Source: Octopus vulgaris (lineage: Eukaryota). Taken from it: DNA of 64,000 nucleotides. The stretch covers positions 3,348,001 through 3,412,000 of the forward strand of contig OX597818.1 in the NCBI GenBank assembly GCA_951406725.2, in the 5' to 3' direction. A model generated the notes under the pieces. That model was not told the origin of the DNA, ran no database searches, and saw nothing but the letters and a program-made list of their open reading frames with translations. A program made the position numbers and the translations under genes. This document shows positions 11,723-30,263 of this stretch, piece after piece. Within the stretch, counting starts at the first letter, position 1; every line of letters starts with the position of its first letter.

Positions 11723-12720
11723 TGGAGCATATTCGGCATATTTTGCTTCATGAGTTCAATAAAGGCAGCAATGCAACGGAAAGTGTGAGGAATATTAACG
11801 CAATACATGGGAATTGGACAATAAGCATAAACCAGTGTCAACGGTGGTTCCAGAAATTCCGAGACGAAACCTACAGCCTAGGAGATGAGCCTCATCTTCG
11901 AAGAGGGCGACGAGGACGTCCTGCAAACCCTGGTGGAACAAAATCCCATCGTAACTGTTGAGGAGCTAGCAGAGAAGCTTGGATTTGGTCATTCGACCAT
12001 TCATCAACACCTGTGTGCCCTTGGAAAAGTCAGAAAATTAGGTCAATAGGTTCCTCACAAACTTTCCGAGTCTAATCGTGCTCAGTGAGTGAATGTGTGC
12101 TCTTCTTTGCTGTCATGTCTCATGAATAAACCATTTTTGGTCCAAAGAGTGACTGAGTGACTGGTGATGGGAAATGGGTTCTTTATAAAAATGTCAAGCA
12201 CTGAAGGCAGTGAGTAGAGAAAGGAGAAACACTGGCACCCCAGGATAAAGAAGATCTTCACTCACGTAAGGTGTTGTTATCTGTTTGGTGGGATATGAAA
12301 GGTTTAGTCCACTTTGAACTTTTAAACCCAAATCAAACGATAACAAAGGAGATCTACTAAGAGCAGCTTGAGCGGCTTAAGTCAGCACTAGAAGAAAAAC
12401 GACCATTTTTGGTTTCAAGATGAAAGGTGTTCTTCCATCAGGATAATGCTCGGCCACATACAGCGAGGATGACATTCCATACAGTTTGCATGGGAAACGA
12501 TACCCCACCCACCATGTTCCCCATCTGATTATCATTTATTCCAGTCTTCAAAATCATTTGGATGGAAAAAATATGAATTCTGTAGACGAGGTCAGAACAG
12601 TACTGGAGGAGTACTTTTTCATAATGGACAAGTGAATTTTGGAAGAGGATCCTTCCAAGTCTACCAGAGAGATGGAAGATCATTGTAGAAAACGAATGAG
12701 GGTATATTTTAAATTAAAAA
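11721..12720 (+). mobile_element. Decayed mariner transposase
   Basis: HIRHILLHEFNKG, QRWFQKFR, VPHKL, TGDGKW, FHQDNARPH; many stops. Confidence 0.85.
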
Positions 12721-12790
12721 GAGAAATAGCAGAGAACAAATTCCTTCATCAAATCTTCTGTGAAAATAATAATTTTTTGCTTACACTTCT

Positions 12791-12899
12791 TGCACTGAGG
12801 AGAACAGTGATATGTAATTAATTTAATTTAATCAAATTAATTTAATTATTCTACCATGAATGTACATGTTAACATTGCTGTTTGAAACGATTGTATGCA
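12791..12899 (+). ncRNA. Type I hammerhead ribozyme motif (canonical core)
   Basis: tgca-CTGAGGA-gaacagtgat...attgctgttt-GAAAC-gatt-GT-A-tgca. Confidence 0.75.
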
Positions 12900-13007
12900 T
12901 GTATTAAAATTCTTTCAAATTTTAACGTCTCTTCTCTATTTTTAAGAAATTTGTTGAGTTCTATGCGATACCTTTCCATAAATTCTCATAACACACTATA
13001 CAGTTGA

Positions 13008-13905
13008 GTTCCAGATTATCTTTGCAATTTCGGCTGGTTATACTCGAGATTGCTTCAATTTGGCCAGCTCCAAGCAAAAACTAAGTTAAGAGCACTAGAT
13101 TCCTTGGAAGAAAGCAGCGAATTATACGAAAACAAGGACGTAAAAGAAAACGGAGAAATGGTACACAAATACAGATGCAAATAAGACATTAATAAGAGGT
13201 GTAGTCGAACCAAGAAAGAAAGTTCAGGCTTGGCCGAACACCGGTCACGTGGAGAGAGAAGAGAGAGAGGTAGAGGCAGAGGCATAGAAGAACAATGGAG
13301 GGAGGAGAAAAAAAGAAAAGGGATAGAGTGAAGTGAAAGAGGGAGGGAAGGTGAGAATGAAGAGAAAGCCAAGAAATGTGAGAGGGGGGAAAAAAGAAAA
13401 AAAGAGTGGAAATAATGAAGTGTGAAGGGGCTGATAGAAACAAGGATATTCCTCCTTATGCTTGTCATCTCTTATGTCCCTGCCGTAAGACTTCACTTCC
13501 ATGCATGCGAACTTAATTTAATTCATCCTTAGTCAAAATACACCTCTTGTTAATGTCTTTTATTTGCATTTATATTTGTGTAGCAATTTCCCGTTTTTTC
13601 CGTCTTCGATTTCGTATACATTTGCTGCCTTCTCCAAGGAATCTTGTGCTCTTAGCTTAGTTTTTCCTTGGGCTGGCCAGATTGGGGCAATCTCGAGTAT
13701 AAACAGCTGAAATTGCAAAGATAATCTGGAAATCGACCGAAGAAAGAAAAGTTCGAATGACCCGTCCTCGTTTTCTTGTATCGTCTGTCTGGATGTTTTG
13801 TTGTCCCTTTTTTGTATCATCTAACTTTCTGGATATTTTGCGTTCTTGTATCATTTTTGGTATTCCTTTTTATATAAATATAGCGGTGTACGTACACTTT
13901 GGTCT
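13008..13905. repeat. Penelope-type inverted-repeat unit around purine-rich spacer
   Basis: ttccagattatctttgcaatttcggctg... (13008-13200) vs ...cagctgaaattgcaaagataatctggaa (13545-13731). Confidence 0.7.
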
Positions 13906-13908
13906 CTT

Positions 13909-13957
<49 letters not shown>

Positions 13958-14421
13958 CGCCATACTAATATGGCATTCTTATAAAAATAAGAATAAAGCT
14001 GTCCGCTTATTAGCTCCATGAGGCCATCGCCTTAAGTTAGCTATTTGATACACAAACTGTATCCATATAACCTTCGAACAAGGGAGGTCAGTCGCTCCAC
14101 ACTACTTGACCGGCAGCTACAGACGCGTTTCGGGGTATTGCCCCTTTTCAATGCAGCGTAGCCAGACCAGTAGGTGTCGCTTCTAAAATCTTTATTATGA
14201 TTATAAAAATCTTACAGAGATAGTACATTACAATACAAAACATAATTACAAAAAGTTTACGTTGTTCGTTTGATATTTACATATGTTGATTATTGATTAT
14301 GATACTAGACTTTACTTTTCTCCTTTTTTTAAAAAAATTAAAAATGATTTTGGCCAGCTAGGTATATCACAGTCAGGATTCTTACCCGACAGCCTAAGAG
14401 CCCAGAGACTATTTTCTCCCT

Positions 14422-17400
14422 TCATGATGACCAAGCAGGGTTACTCACACCCACCTTTTTTATCACTTCCTTCCATCGATTCACATACTTTTTCTGTGTC
14501 AGGTTCCTCTTCTCTAAATCCATCTTGCTCTTTAGATGGTATCTGAAGTATTTTAACATACCATATCCAGAGACAAAGGATCCTGACACTAAACCTTCCA
14601 ATCTAGTTCTCCACACACACTCTTTCAGTACTGCCACCGTACAGTGAAAACAAGCCTCACCTTCCTTTGAGAGTCCAGCTGGCGGTATCATCTTTATTAT
14701 AGAACCAGCCGATAGCTGTACTCGTCCCAGATGCGACAACACGTGTTCTACGTAACTTATTAAGCCTGATAGCTCCTGACAATGTACAAAAGCGTGCTGG
14801 ACGGTTTCATCGTCCAACCCACATCTTGGACATGTCGGTGGCACTGACATTCCATGCCTATATAACTTATCGCGAACAGGTAGAGCATTCCTATAGCACT
14901 GCCAAGTCAGGGATTTTTGGTAATTGTCCAAATACCCCGGCTTGAAAGTCTTCTTAAACAGGTCGGATAGTTGATTCTCATCGAACCCCAGAGCCCCTCT
15001 TAGGATGTCGTCATTTTTTGCCTCTACCATCCTTCTATAAAATGCCGAGGTGGTATTCCCGCAGCCGGCTTTGCCTATCTTGTGGATCAGCCAGAGTGCC
15101 TGTCGGCACTCTTTCTGCCATAAAGTCAGATTCCGTCTTTTAATGAAACCGGGTTTAAATCTCTCCATAGAGTCCGGTTGAGGGAAGAAATTATCTGCCA
15201 GCGGACTCCACACCTTATCACCTTCCAGGTGAAACCAGAGATGTCTCAGTCTCAGCGCATGCCTGCGCATCATTAACCAAGGCATCCCCAGCCCACCCTT
15301 TAGTGGTTCCTGGCAACACACGGAGCGCCTTACAAGTGGCTTTCCTCCCTTCCACAAAAAGCGGAAAAGGAGTCGATCCAACTTGCTTAGCCACAAATCG
15401 GGGCAAGGCACGACAGTCAGGCGATAGGTGATTACAGAGGCTATAAACACCTGTACCACCTCCGCCCTCCCTTTCAAGGAAAGATGCCTTCCGGACCACT
15501 CCCGAACTATGGCTTCTACCTTGGTCACTACCTCGCTCCAATTTTTCTCCGTCTGGGAGTCTGAACCAAACCAAACTCCAAGCAATTTAACAGGACCATC
15601 TGTCCAGTGTCCAACAACACTGGACGATATCGGCTTGTTCCTCCAGGTGCCGAGGCGCAAACCAGTGGACTTGTCCTTGTTAACTTTTGCCTCAGCCACC
15701 GCTTCGTATCTTCGGAGAGCACCTTCTACACGAGTTAGTTGTGCTTCGTTGGACACGATGAAGGTGACGTCATCCGCATACGCAGAAACAGACTTACCGC
15801 ATCCGATTTCATTAGGATTGCATCTCACCGTCTCCAACTCCCGCAGCAATGGCTCAAGAGCCAAAACGTACAGGAGAGGGGACAAGGGACATCCTTGACG
15901 AACTGAACGCTTAATCGAAAACGGTTCCGTTAAGTAACCGTTTATCTGGACTGTGGACTTGATACCGCTGTACATAGTTGATATCCACCCGCGAAAGTCA
16001 GGGCCTAGCCCAGCCGCTTCGAGAACCGTCGCCAGGTACTGATGATCTACCCTATCAAATGCTTTACTTTGGTCTAAATGCCGGCTAATTGCCCAACCCT
16101 GTCTATAGTGTAGCGTAGAAGGTGAAGATTATCTTCGATCGACCTGCCTGGGATTGCACATGTCTGTGCCTTTCCGACAAGTTTTTCCATGACGACCTTC
16201 AACCTTTCTGCTAACACCTTGGCCAAAATCTTTAACTCTACATTAAGTAGAGTTATGGGCCTATAATTACTAATATTATTCCCCTTGCTCGGGTCTTTCT
16301 GGATCAGCGTCACAACTCCCCGGCTCACAGAACTGGGAATCCTCCCATTCTGTTGCCAGTTTGCGTAGACGCTTGCCAGTATGTCCCCGAACAAGTCCGG
16401 CATACAACAATAAAACTCATAGGGCAGACCATCCAGTCCCGGCGACTTTTCCCGGGCGCATTCAGCCAAAACCCCTCTTACCTCCGCGGGAGTAATCGGT
16501 CCTTCACAGCGTTCCGCTCTGCGTGGCGAGAGCCGAGGCCCACCAGCTAGGAAGTTCTGTAAGTCCTCCCCTCGCTCGAGTGGATCGCCCTCCCCAAATA
16601 ACCGAGCGAAACGCTGTTGAAAGACCTTCTGTATCTCCTCCTGTCCATAGATTTTGCGTCCCTGTTCGTCAGTTAAAGACTTAATAGAGGACTTTTTGCC
16701 CTTCTGACTCTCCACACGACGTGCCCACCCGGCAACATTAATACCTTCTCGTTTCACTGCGCGTAGCTTAGCTCTGACTCTACATCCTTCATGCTTGGCA
16801 TTGAGGTGACGGTACAAGATCGTTCTCTCTGCTAACACTCTAGATGCACAGCCAGATCCCATTGCCTCGTCTAAGTTCTTAACTAAATCGCCCTCTATTC
16901 TAGTCCTATCTAAACTTAGCTGGTTGCTAAATCTAATGGACTCCAAACGGATGGCTCTTTTGAGGGCGATCCACCATCTATTATTAATGATGGTTCCACA
17001 TAATGCCCTCTGGACTAATTCCATAATCCGGTTACGGAAAGCTTCACAAGCCAAAATAGACTTGTTCATTTTCCAGTATCCGGGTCCCTGTCTATGGCAT
17101 TTATCTACATGTACCTCACACGTCACTAATTTGTGATCCGTGTAAGGCACAATACAAAATTGTGGACAGCTAATGCTATTCCTATCTCGTTCTTTAACAA
17201 ATACCCTATCTATATACGATCTGCGTGAGCCGTCATTGTTACTCCACGTCCACTGTGGAATGCTTGGCTCATCCATTCGAAACCGATCTACTAGATTAAG
17301 GCTCGTCAGTAGACCCTTGAGGCAAGGATTCCCCCTTCTATCAGACGAGCCCACATTATCTATCCGCGCATCGATGATAGTGTTGAAATCCCCTACCAAT

Positions 17401-17801
17401 ACTACCGTTTTAGACGTCACTAGAAAGTGCTCCAAGTTCCGATAAAAACCAGTCTGCCTACCCTCATTAGGAGCATAAACAGCTACCAACCTGAAGGACT
17501 GCTTACTCACGTGAGTTACATCGAGGACAACCAGCCTACCTTCTGGGTCCATAAAGACAGTACTTACCTGTAAGTCCAAGTTCTTCCTGATAAGGACTGC
17601 CACGCCTGCACTTCCTCCTCGGCTAGGAGAAATAAACTTCTCGTAACCATTGAGAAGATGCGAGAACGCTTGGGTTCCTCTCATCTTGGACTCGGTGACA
17701 ATGGCTACATCTATTCTGTGTGTCCTGAGGTCGTCCAGCAAGCAAGCCTGTTTCCATTTCGACCCCATTCCACGCACATTTATACAGCCCAACTTAATCA
17801 T
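14422..17801 (-). pseudogene. Tx1 ORF2: APE endonuclease, RT and C-terminal Zn finger; frameshift/deletion near 16075
   Basis: CINVRG, LVGDFN, SYIDRVF, TDHKLV; NYRPITLLN; LDQSKAFDRVDH resumes in the shifted frame; VRQGCPLSP, AYADDV, CPRC..ETVQHAFVHC. Confidence 0.9.
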
Positions 17802-17825
17802 CGATGAATGAAGAAAGTTTGTTAC

Positions 17826-19367
17826 TTACGGTTGTGAGAGGGAGCATGGCAGCTTTTGTCTGCCTGCCTCCCCCACACTCTCCGTTGTTGCTGGGCATTT
17901 AACCGGCGTTGCCACCGGGCTCTGGGATGGAGTGGCTGCCGGGCTAATATTCAATTTTCCAGCTATCACCTCTTGTGTGACATCTTTAATCAGGTTGTCC
18001 CTCACGTGTAGTTGGAATAGTCTCTCCTTCCATACCTCCTCTCCAACCTTCGCATACCTCCAATCCGGGTTTTTTTCCGATGATTTGAAACATTTTATGT
18101 TTGGTTTCGCCTTTATGTACCAAACTACTCTCTCGTTTGTTGTGTTATAAGCAATGCACCTATCGGTTTTTTTGAATCCTTTTAAAGTTGGGGGCTGGGG
18201 TTTAATGAAATGCTGGCCTACAAAAGTAGTGCCAGCGGGGTGGGATTGGATAATTTTTTTGTGTTGTTCTTCTGCGTTTGTTTTTCTTTTTGTTTAGGGT
18301 GGGGAGTCCGGGGTATTGGATTTCTTCCTTTTGTTGGTTACAGTCGTATATTCCATTACTTCCAGTTCTTTTCCATTTGATAAATTATTTTCACCCTCGT
18401 TTTCGTTTTCGTTTTGTTTTCCATTCATTTTCTTTTCCTCCTTTTGACTTTCATTTTGCTTTTTCCGGGTATTCTCTTTTGTTGTTGCTGTGATGTCTGC
18501 TTTGTTCTCCACAGCGGTTTGAATGGGGGCATTAACGGGTTTTTTCTTTTTGCACTCTGAGCGGACGTGACCCTTCTGCCCACATTTGAAACATCTGGGC
18601 CTACGTCCCTCCACCGATACCCGCGCAGTGTGTCCATCCCCCACGAAGACCCTGTCTGGCAAACTCTCCAGCGTTGCATTGTCAGCTTGAACGATCATTT
18701 CAAGCTGCTGACCTTTCCAAAATTTTGCCTCTTTCATCCTCATGTTTAAAATGTTTAATTTCTCTTCTACGTCGAATACGACCGCTGTTGCTGCCCACAT
18801 TACATCGTAACCTGTTGGTATATCCTCTATTGTTATCTTAGCTGTTCTGCGCCCTAAGTACGTGGGCAGCAACAGGATGTCTGCACTCTTCAACGTTTGA
18901 GTTGAAATTTCCTTCGCTATGCTAGCCGACTCGAAATGCGCTTCAATAGTAGCGCTTCTCACTCCTCGGCCAACATAGCGAACCTTGTTCCAAATTGGTG
19001 CCATGCACCGTTCTACCAATTCATTTCTTACATCTGCAATCTTTTTTTCCTTAATATTATATACCTTATAAATTACCGTCTTCTCACGGATTGCTTGTAA
19101 GGTGTCAGGGGGCGGTATTATTCTCGTTTCTTCTCCATTCCTTTGTATGAACTTTCTGAACTTGAAGAGATCCTCCATTGTTACTTCCAGTTCTATAACA
19201 TTGCCTCCAACGGCTTCCGAAAAACTTTGTTTCTCCTTTGTATCCATTTGATTTCCATTTTTTATAACTTCTCCCATCTCGGGAAAATCAGAATTTGACG
19301 TTAAGTCAAGATTCATATTAAAATGCAAGTGACTTGTCACAAGAGACAAGATAAAAATTAAATCCAC
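17826..19367 (-). pseudogene. Tx1 ORF1 (gag-like, CCHC knuckle); one premature TAA at 18294-18296
   Basis: CFKCGQKGHVRSEC; by my translation the frame continues past the stop to 17826. Confidence 0.8.
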
Positions 19368-20080
19368 ACTGAATTAAAGTTCATATATAAAAAGAAATTT
19401 TCTACCCCGAAGGGCGAAAATTACTTTGTTCCACAAGTTAATACTCCAAAAATTGTACGTTTAAATCCAGAACAGAACGAACTAACATAACAGCTTACAG
19501 CGTAAAATAATCCGACGTAATCCAAGGAAAAATCAGTAGGTGTCGCTTCTGACAATCTCTGTTCGAAGGTTTTATTTACCTAGCTTCAGTGGAATACATC
19601 CACTTGTTTTCAATAATAGAAATATTAAAATTACTAAGTCTCTCTAAAAGAGAACAACGGCAGCGTTCCCGGAAAATAATAGTTATCGCCATACTAATAT
19701 GGCATTCTTATAAAAATAAGAATAAAGCTGTCCGCTTATTAGCTCCATGAGGCCATCGCCTTAAGTTAGCTATTTGATACACAAACTGTATCCATATAAT
19801 ACCCCGAAACGCGTCTGTAGCTGCCGGTCAACTAGTGTGGAGCGACTGACCTCCCTTGTTCGAAGGTTATATGGATACAGTTTGTGTATCAAATAGCTAA
19901 CTTAAGGCGATGGCCTCATGAATAAGGAACTATTCTATAAAGGCCATATTTTGCTAATATTTTGATGACAGCTTTATTCTTATTTTTATAAGAATGCCAT
20001 ATTATATATATGGCGATAATATTATTTTCCGGGAACGCTAATTGTTCTCTTTTAGAGAGACTTAGTAATTTTAATATTTC

Positions 20081-22408
<2,328 letters not shown>

Positions 22409-22610
22409 CAGGGTTCGTCGTATTTGGAAAATCCACTTATAGAAAATGGAAAAAACAGTCTTTGACTGCCATTTCTAATTCTTTCGGTATGCGGCGAGGC
22501 AGCCTGCTGCCCGCCCTTTAATTATTTTCACTATATATATATATATATATATATATGAAGTATAGGAAAGAATGGAGCTGAACGAAGATTTAACAAAATT
22601 CCTTTATTTT

Positions 22611-22696
22611 ATTTTTGACATATGTTTCGAAGTCTGCAAAGTCCCTAATTCCGAATGAATAAGGAGTCCATTATGCAGCTTTCTCTTCAGGAAAAT
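22611..22696 (-). ncRNA. Type I hammerhead motif (antisense copy in inverted pLTR)
   Basis: Reverse complement of 23565-23650, with one stem I change. Confidence 0.75.
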
Positions 22697-23564
22697 CCAG
22701 GAACTTAATTATCCAACAAAATGCACGTTTCGTGATAAAAGTAAACAGCACGCCACGGGGCTAAGCAAATTAGTCTGGCGTTTGAAGAACGCAAATTTAA
22801 CTTTTAAGCTGGAATGGTCAATATTATCGGTGTCCTTACCGTTTGATAAGGGCAGAAAAATCTGTGCCCTCTGTAATTTCGAACTCTTTCATATTTTGTT
22901 TGCCCGAGGCCAACTAATAAACTCGATTGTCGAAAGTTCTTTCAGATGCCTACACTGGAAAAAGCATACCTTTCACTCATACCAATGAAGTCTAATATAG
23001 ATAACCCCTGGATTCCCTACAAAATTGAAAGGTGATATCTTATCCCTTCAGAATAAAAGACTTTCTCATAATTGCTAAGAACTACTACCAATCCCAGCAG
23101 TAACCTTGTATCTTGTCATTACTATTGTAGCCTCCATCTGCCCTCTCCCTATTAAGTTGACACATTCGAACACACAGACACAGTCTTTTCAGTTCCTGAC
23201 CGTTAATTCTTTCTATCTCTTTCTCTCTGCCTTCCACACACACACTCACGCATTCAAAGACGCACACACACACACACATTAAGGCAATTTTACACACTCA
23301 CACATACGAGCACTCATTCATAAAATAAATCAAATATAAACACCAGTCATACAGAATACATTCCCTCACTTTAATTTTCCTATACCTTCCTTCTCCTACC
23401 TTGATTGAACCCTTGAACTATTTCAACGGACATTTTCTCCTACTTTCAACCAATCTGGCGTCACCCCCTATAAATAGACATTATTTATCATTATCTCTAT
23501 GGGCTCCTCGTGAGCAGTCGTCGAAAAACTTGTTGTGCATTTTGTTGGATAATTAAGTTCCTGG

Positions 23565-23650
23565 ATTTTCCTGAAGAGAAAGCTGCATAATGGACTCCTT
23601 ATTCATTCGGAATTAGGGACTTTGCAGACTTCGAAACATATGTCGAAAAT
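23565..23650 (+). ncRNA. Type I hammerhead ribozyme motif (canonical)
   Basis: attttc-CTGAAGA-gaaagctgca...tgcagacttc-GAAAC-atat-GT-C-gaaaat; 6-bp stem I. Confidence 0.85.
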
Positions 23651-23850
23651 AAAATAAAGGAATTTTGTTAAATCTTCGTTCAGCTCCATTCTTTCCTAAA
23701 CTTAATATATTAAACTTCAAATTTCCGCACTAAGGCACGGAGTTTATGCCCTATGGTCGTAACTTCAACCATGCTTTTTCTGTTGTGAGTTTGCTACCCA
23801 GGTATCGGTTATCTTTCGAATTATCCGTAATAAGATAATTCATTTGTCTA

Positions 23851-26530
<2,680 letters not shown>

Positions 26531-26549
26531 ATATATATATATGCACTAA

Positions 26550-26774
26550 TCCGACCGTGGCCGATGCCAGCCTCGCCTGGCACCAGTGCAGGTGGCACGT
26601 AAAAAGCACCCACTACACTCACGGAGTGGTTGGCGCTAGGAAGGGCATCCAGCTGTAGTAACATTGCCAGATAAGACCGGAGCCTGGTGCAGCCTTCTGG
26701 CTTCCCAGATCCCCGGTCGAACCGTCCAACCCATGCTAGCATGGAGAACGGACGTTAAACGATGATGATGATGA

Positions 26775-26778
<4 letters not shown>
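26550..26778 (+). mobile_element. SINE-like retroposon with (GAT)n tail (family 3)
   Basis: ...ccaacccatgctagcatggagaacggacgttaaacgatgatg; second copy at 29373-29690 (minus). Confidence 0.75.
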
Positions 26779-26808
<30 letters not shown>

Positions 26809-27565
26809 CCAACCACATGGTAACCAACCACATATCTTCTCTATATATAAAACTGAAATGCGTTTTTACCGCTTGGATTTCTTTCAATGCCGCTACATCC
26901 CGTCCGATTCGCTCCAAAATTTACAGGGACATGTAGAATGAGGTGACGATGCCCATGGGCTACCTTAGAAATCTTGAAAGGTGTGGTTGCTAGGGGCCAT
27001 CTTCCTCACTCACGCTATTTTCTCCTTTCCCTCTCTTACTCCCCTTCATTTATAACTTTGAGAAGTCCACTCCCGTTATTTAATGTATTCCGCTCAACTC
27101 CCTTTCACTTTCCCTTTATAAGTTCGACAGACGGCTTTCTTTGATGCATCTGTCTGCATTCATAGGGAGAATTATCATCGCTACAAACAACACACAATCA
27201 TGAGAACAAATATTACGAATCAGATATTCATTGCGTTCATTTATATATGTGTGTGTATGTGTGTGTGTTCGATATATAAATATGTATATATAATGCATAT
27301 TTGCAAAGTGTATATATCTGTATTTATGTATATTAAACTTTTTAATACTTTTTGATAGTTATATATATTTTTAAACAAATTATAAATATAATTTAATAAT
27401 TTTTATTTTAAATTTAAATAATCTAAATTTTTCAATTTTATATATTTTCTATATTATATTTTTATTTTTATGTTTTTGTTTTTTTTGCCTATTAGTGGTT
27501 TTATCTCTAATTTTAATTTATACATATATATATATATATATATATAATTTGTATATATAATGCGT

Positions 27566-27668
<103 letters not shown>

Positions 27669-27714
27669 CATTGTGTGGTCGGTCGGTTCAGCTGAAAATA
27701 TGCACACCTATGAA

Positions 27715-28796
27715 CCCTTTCGTTACTATATTTCTAACCAAAATACACCCCTTATGTGTTTCAATTAATTTCTAGCATAATCATAAAGTTAGTCTGGTTT
27801 CATTAAACAACTATAACTTTTTTATTTATCAATATATTAATCTGATTTTTGGAAGATAATTGAATGAAATGTTCTCAACCAATTCTATGCTATAATTTTT
27901 GTCACAAAGTGACTCTAATTGCAGGTAGATACAGGTAAATTCAACAAAATATAAAATTATTAAAATTTTGTTCAAACATCGCTATAGAAAATGGGTTATT
28001 AGCTAATATTCAATTGGGTATACAACAAAATTTTACGATAGAATTTGTTATTCTGGGTAACTTTCTGATACCCATAATAATATTTATGGCAAAATAGTCT
28101 TAATTTCATTTAAGGTTGTGGGAAACCACTAACTATCCTTTCTTTCGCTTTGTTTACATTTAGCGTAACGGTTCGTTTTCGCCGTAATGATTTCAAATAG
28201 GCTCATTCGAAAAAGTAAAAAGAAATAGTCTAAGGCTTTACTCTCCTGGGAAAGTCTGTGGCTTGGTCCAGTTTCTTCAGAAAAATCACTGAAAGAAACA
28301 GTTTTTCAATTTTCACTCCATTCAGGTCCCAATTCATTTTCTTTATCGCTGTCGGAGCTCTCGGAGTCACTGTTTTCACTTTCGGAAAATGAAACATCAG
28401 ATTCATTATCAAATACCATGTGCTTCTTTTTTTTTTTTTCAGTCATAGAGTTAGATTTATCAAGGTCTTCAGTAGGAAATCCTTCGAATTCTGACTTGCT
28501 GCTTGATATGATGAAATTCGTATCCATTTTTTGTCAGAATTACAAAGTTTGAAAACACAATAGGAACAAATTTTGGAAAAAAATCTCCCAAAATTCACGG
28601 AATTAAAATTACACTTCGATTGTTGTACAAAACTGTAGATGAACTGTTTACGAAGTATAATCACGTGTTTTCACGAATCTAATAAAGAGATTTGCTCTGA
28701 TATTCTCATTTAAATATGAATAGGAAAATACGGGCGGGTTTGGGCGGTTTGGTCACATTAACCAAAATTTTTTTGGGCGGTTTGGTAACGAAAGGG
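27715..28796 (-). mobile_element. Non-autonomous piggyBac-type element
   Basis: TIR ccctttcgttac / gtaacgaaaggg; TSD tgaa/ttaa; acidic transposase-like N-terminus at 28306-28527. Confidence 0.8.
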
Positions 28797-29372
28797 TTAA
28801 AAGTGCTGGCAAGTTTGCATGACAACTATCTTTTTCCTCAAATGAAAGGCGTGACCTCTAGGACAAAATTCCTCATCTTATAGGTTTTGAATGCTTGCCA
28901 TGGTGAGTCTACTGTCTTGAGAAAGAATCACTTCAAAACTTGGTGTTTACGAATTTTCTTTTACATCAAGTTCAAAATTTTACGCCAGCCGTTAAACTGT
29001 CAATACGTTGCTGTCCGTCGTTAAGAAATGCCAGTCATGGTGACTCTACTATCCTCACATTCTATCCCTTCAAACTTTGGTTTCCAATATTTTATTATTT
29101 TTATTCAGCTCGCAAGTTCGTCTGTCCCTTTTAAATGTTAGCGTTTTGCTGTATGCCTTGAAGCAGACCTTTCCGTTGCCACTGCCTGATATTTATGATT
29201 GATCTTTCTAAATATTTTATTTCTCAACTTACTCAAGATCTTTAGTTGTTTATAAATGGGAGAGAGATAGATAAAGATAGAGAGTAAGAGAAAGCGAGGG
29301 AGAGTCCGAGAGAAAAGAAAAGTAAGAGAGTGGGAAAGTGAGAGAGAAAGGAGAGAGAAACAAAGAGGGAGA

Positions 29373-29690
29373 ATCATCATCATCATCATCATCGTTTAAC
29401 GTCCGTTTTCCGTCCTAGCACGGGTTGGACGGTTTGACCGGGGTCTGGGAAGCCAGGAGGCTGCACTAGGCTCCAGTCTGATCTGGCAGTGTTTCTACAG
29501 GTGGATGACCTTCCTAACGCCAACCACTCTGTGAGTGTAGTGAGTGCTTTTTTCGTGCCGCCGGCACAGGTGCCAGGGGAGCTTGCAGCGGCAACGATCG
29601 GTTGGTGCTTTTTACGTGCCACTAGCACAGAAGCCAGTTAAGGCGGCGCTGCAATCGGCCACGTTCGGATGGTGCCTTTTACGTGCTGAA
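29373..29690 (-). mobile_element. SINE-like retroposon (family 3)
   Basis: catcatcatcgtttaacgtccgttttcc...; homologous to 26550-26778. Confidence 0.75.
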
Positions 29691-29777
29691 AGAAGCAACA
29701 GAAAGTAACAACCACACTCTTACCCGCGCGTAGAGCGGGTCACCTTCAGCTAGTATATATATAACCAACCACGTGCT

Positions 29778-30121
29778 AACCAACCACATGGTTGCGGGTT
29801 CAGTCCCACTGCGTGGCATCTTGGGCAAGTGTCTTCTGCTATAGCCCCGGGCCGACCAATGCCTTGTGAGTGGATTTGGTAGACGGAAACTGAAAGAAGC
29901 CTGTCGTATATATGTATATATATATGTGTGTTTGTGTGTTTGTGTTTGTCCCCCTAGCATTGTGCTTACGTCCCCGTCACTTGGCGGTTCGGCAAAAGAG
30001 ACCGATAGAATAAGTACTGGGCTTACAAAGAATAAGTCCCGGGGTCGATTTGATCGACTAAAGGCGGTGCTCCAGCATGGCCGCAGTCAAATGACTGAAA
30101 CAAGTAAAAGAGTAAAAGAGT
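29778..30121 (+). mobile_element. tRNA-SINE family 1 (head truncated)
   Basis: Matches 56173-56630. Confidence 0.9.
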
Positions 30122-30263
30122 ATATATATATATATAATAAAACTTATATATAAAGAACGTGAAATTCACGAATTGACAAACACGGAAAAACGGACAGTAA
30201 TTCAGAGCCTTCATTCTTCAGTCAGAAACCGATTCATCATGGCAAATTTATATATATATATAT

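Larger units (their letters stand above)
14185..19533 (-). mobile_element. Near full-length Tx1/L1-clade LINE with 17-bp TSD
   Basis: TSD cagtaggtgtcgcttct at 14168-14184 and 19534-19550; ORF1 plus ORF2 (APE-RT-zf). Confidence 0.95.
22555..23750 (+). mobile_element. 5'-truncated Penelope-like element: inverted pLTR, GIY-YIG C-terminus (22728-22988), 3' pLTR
   Basis: 22555-22728 is the reverse complement of 23535-23705; TGLSKLVW..LEWSILS..KICALCNFELF. Confidence 0.85.
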
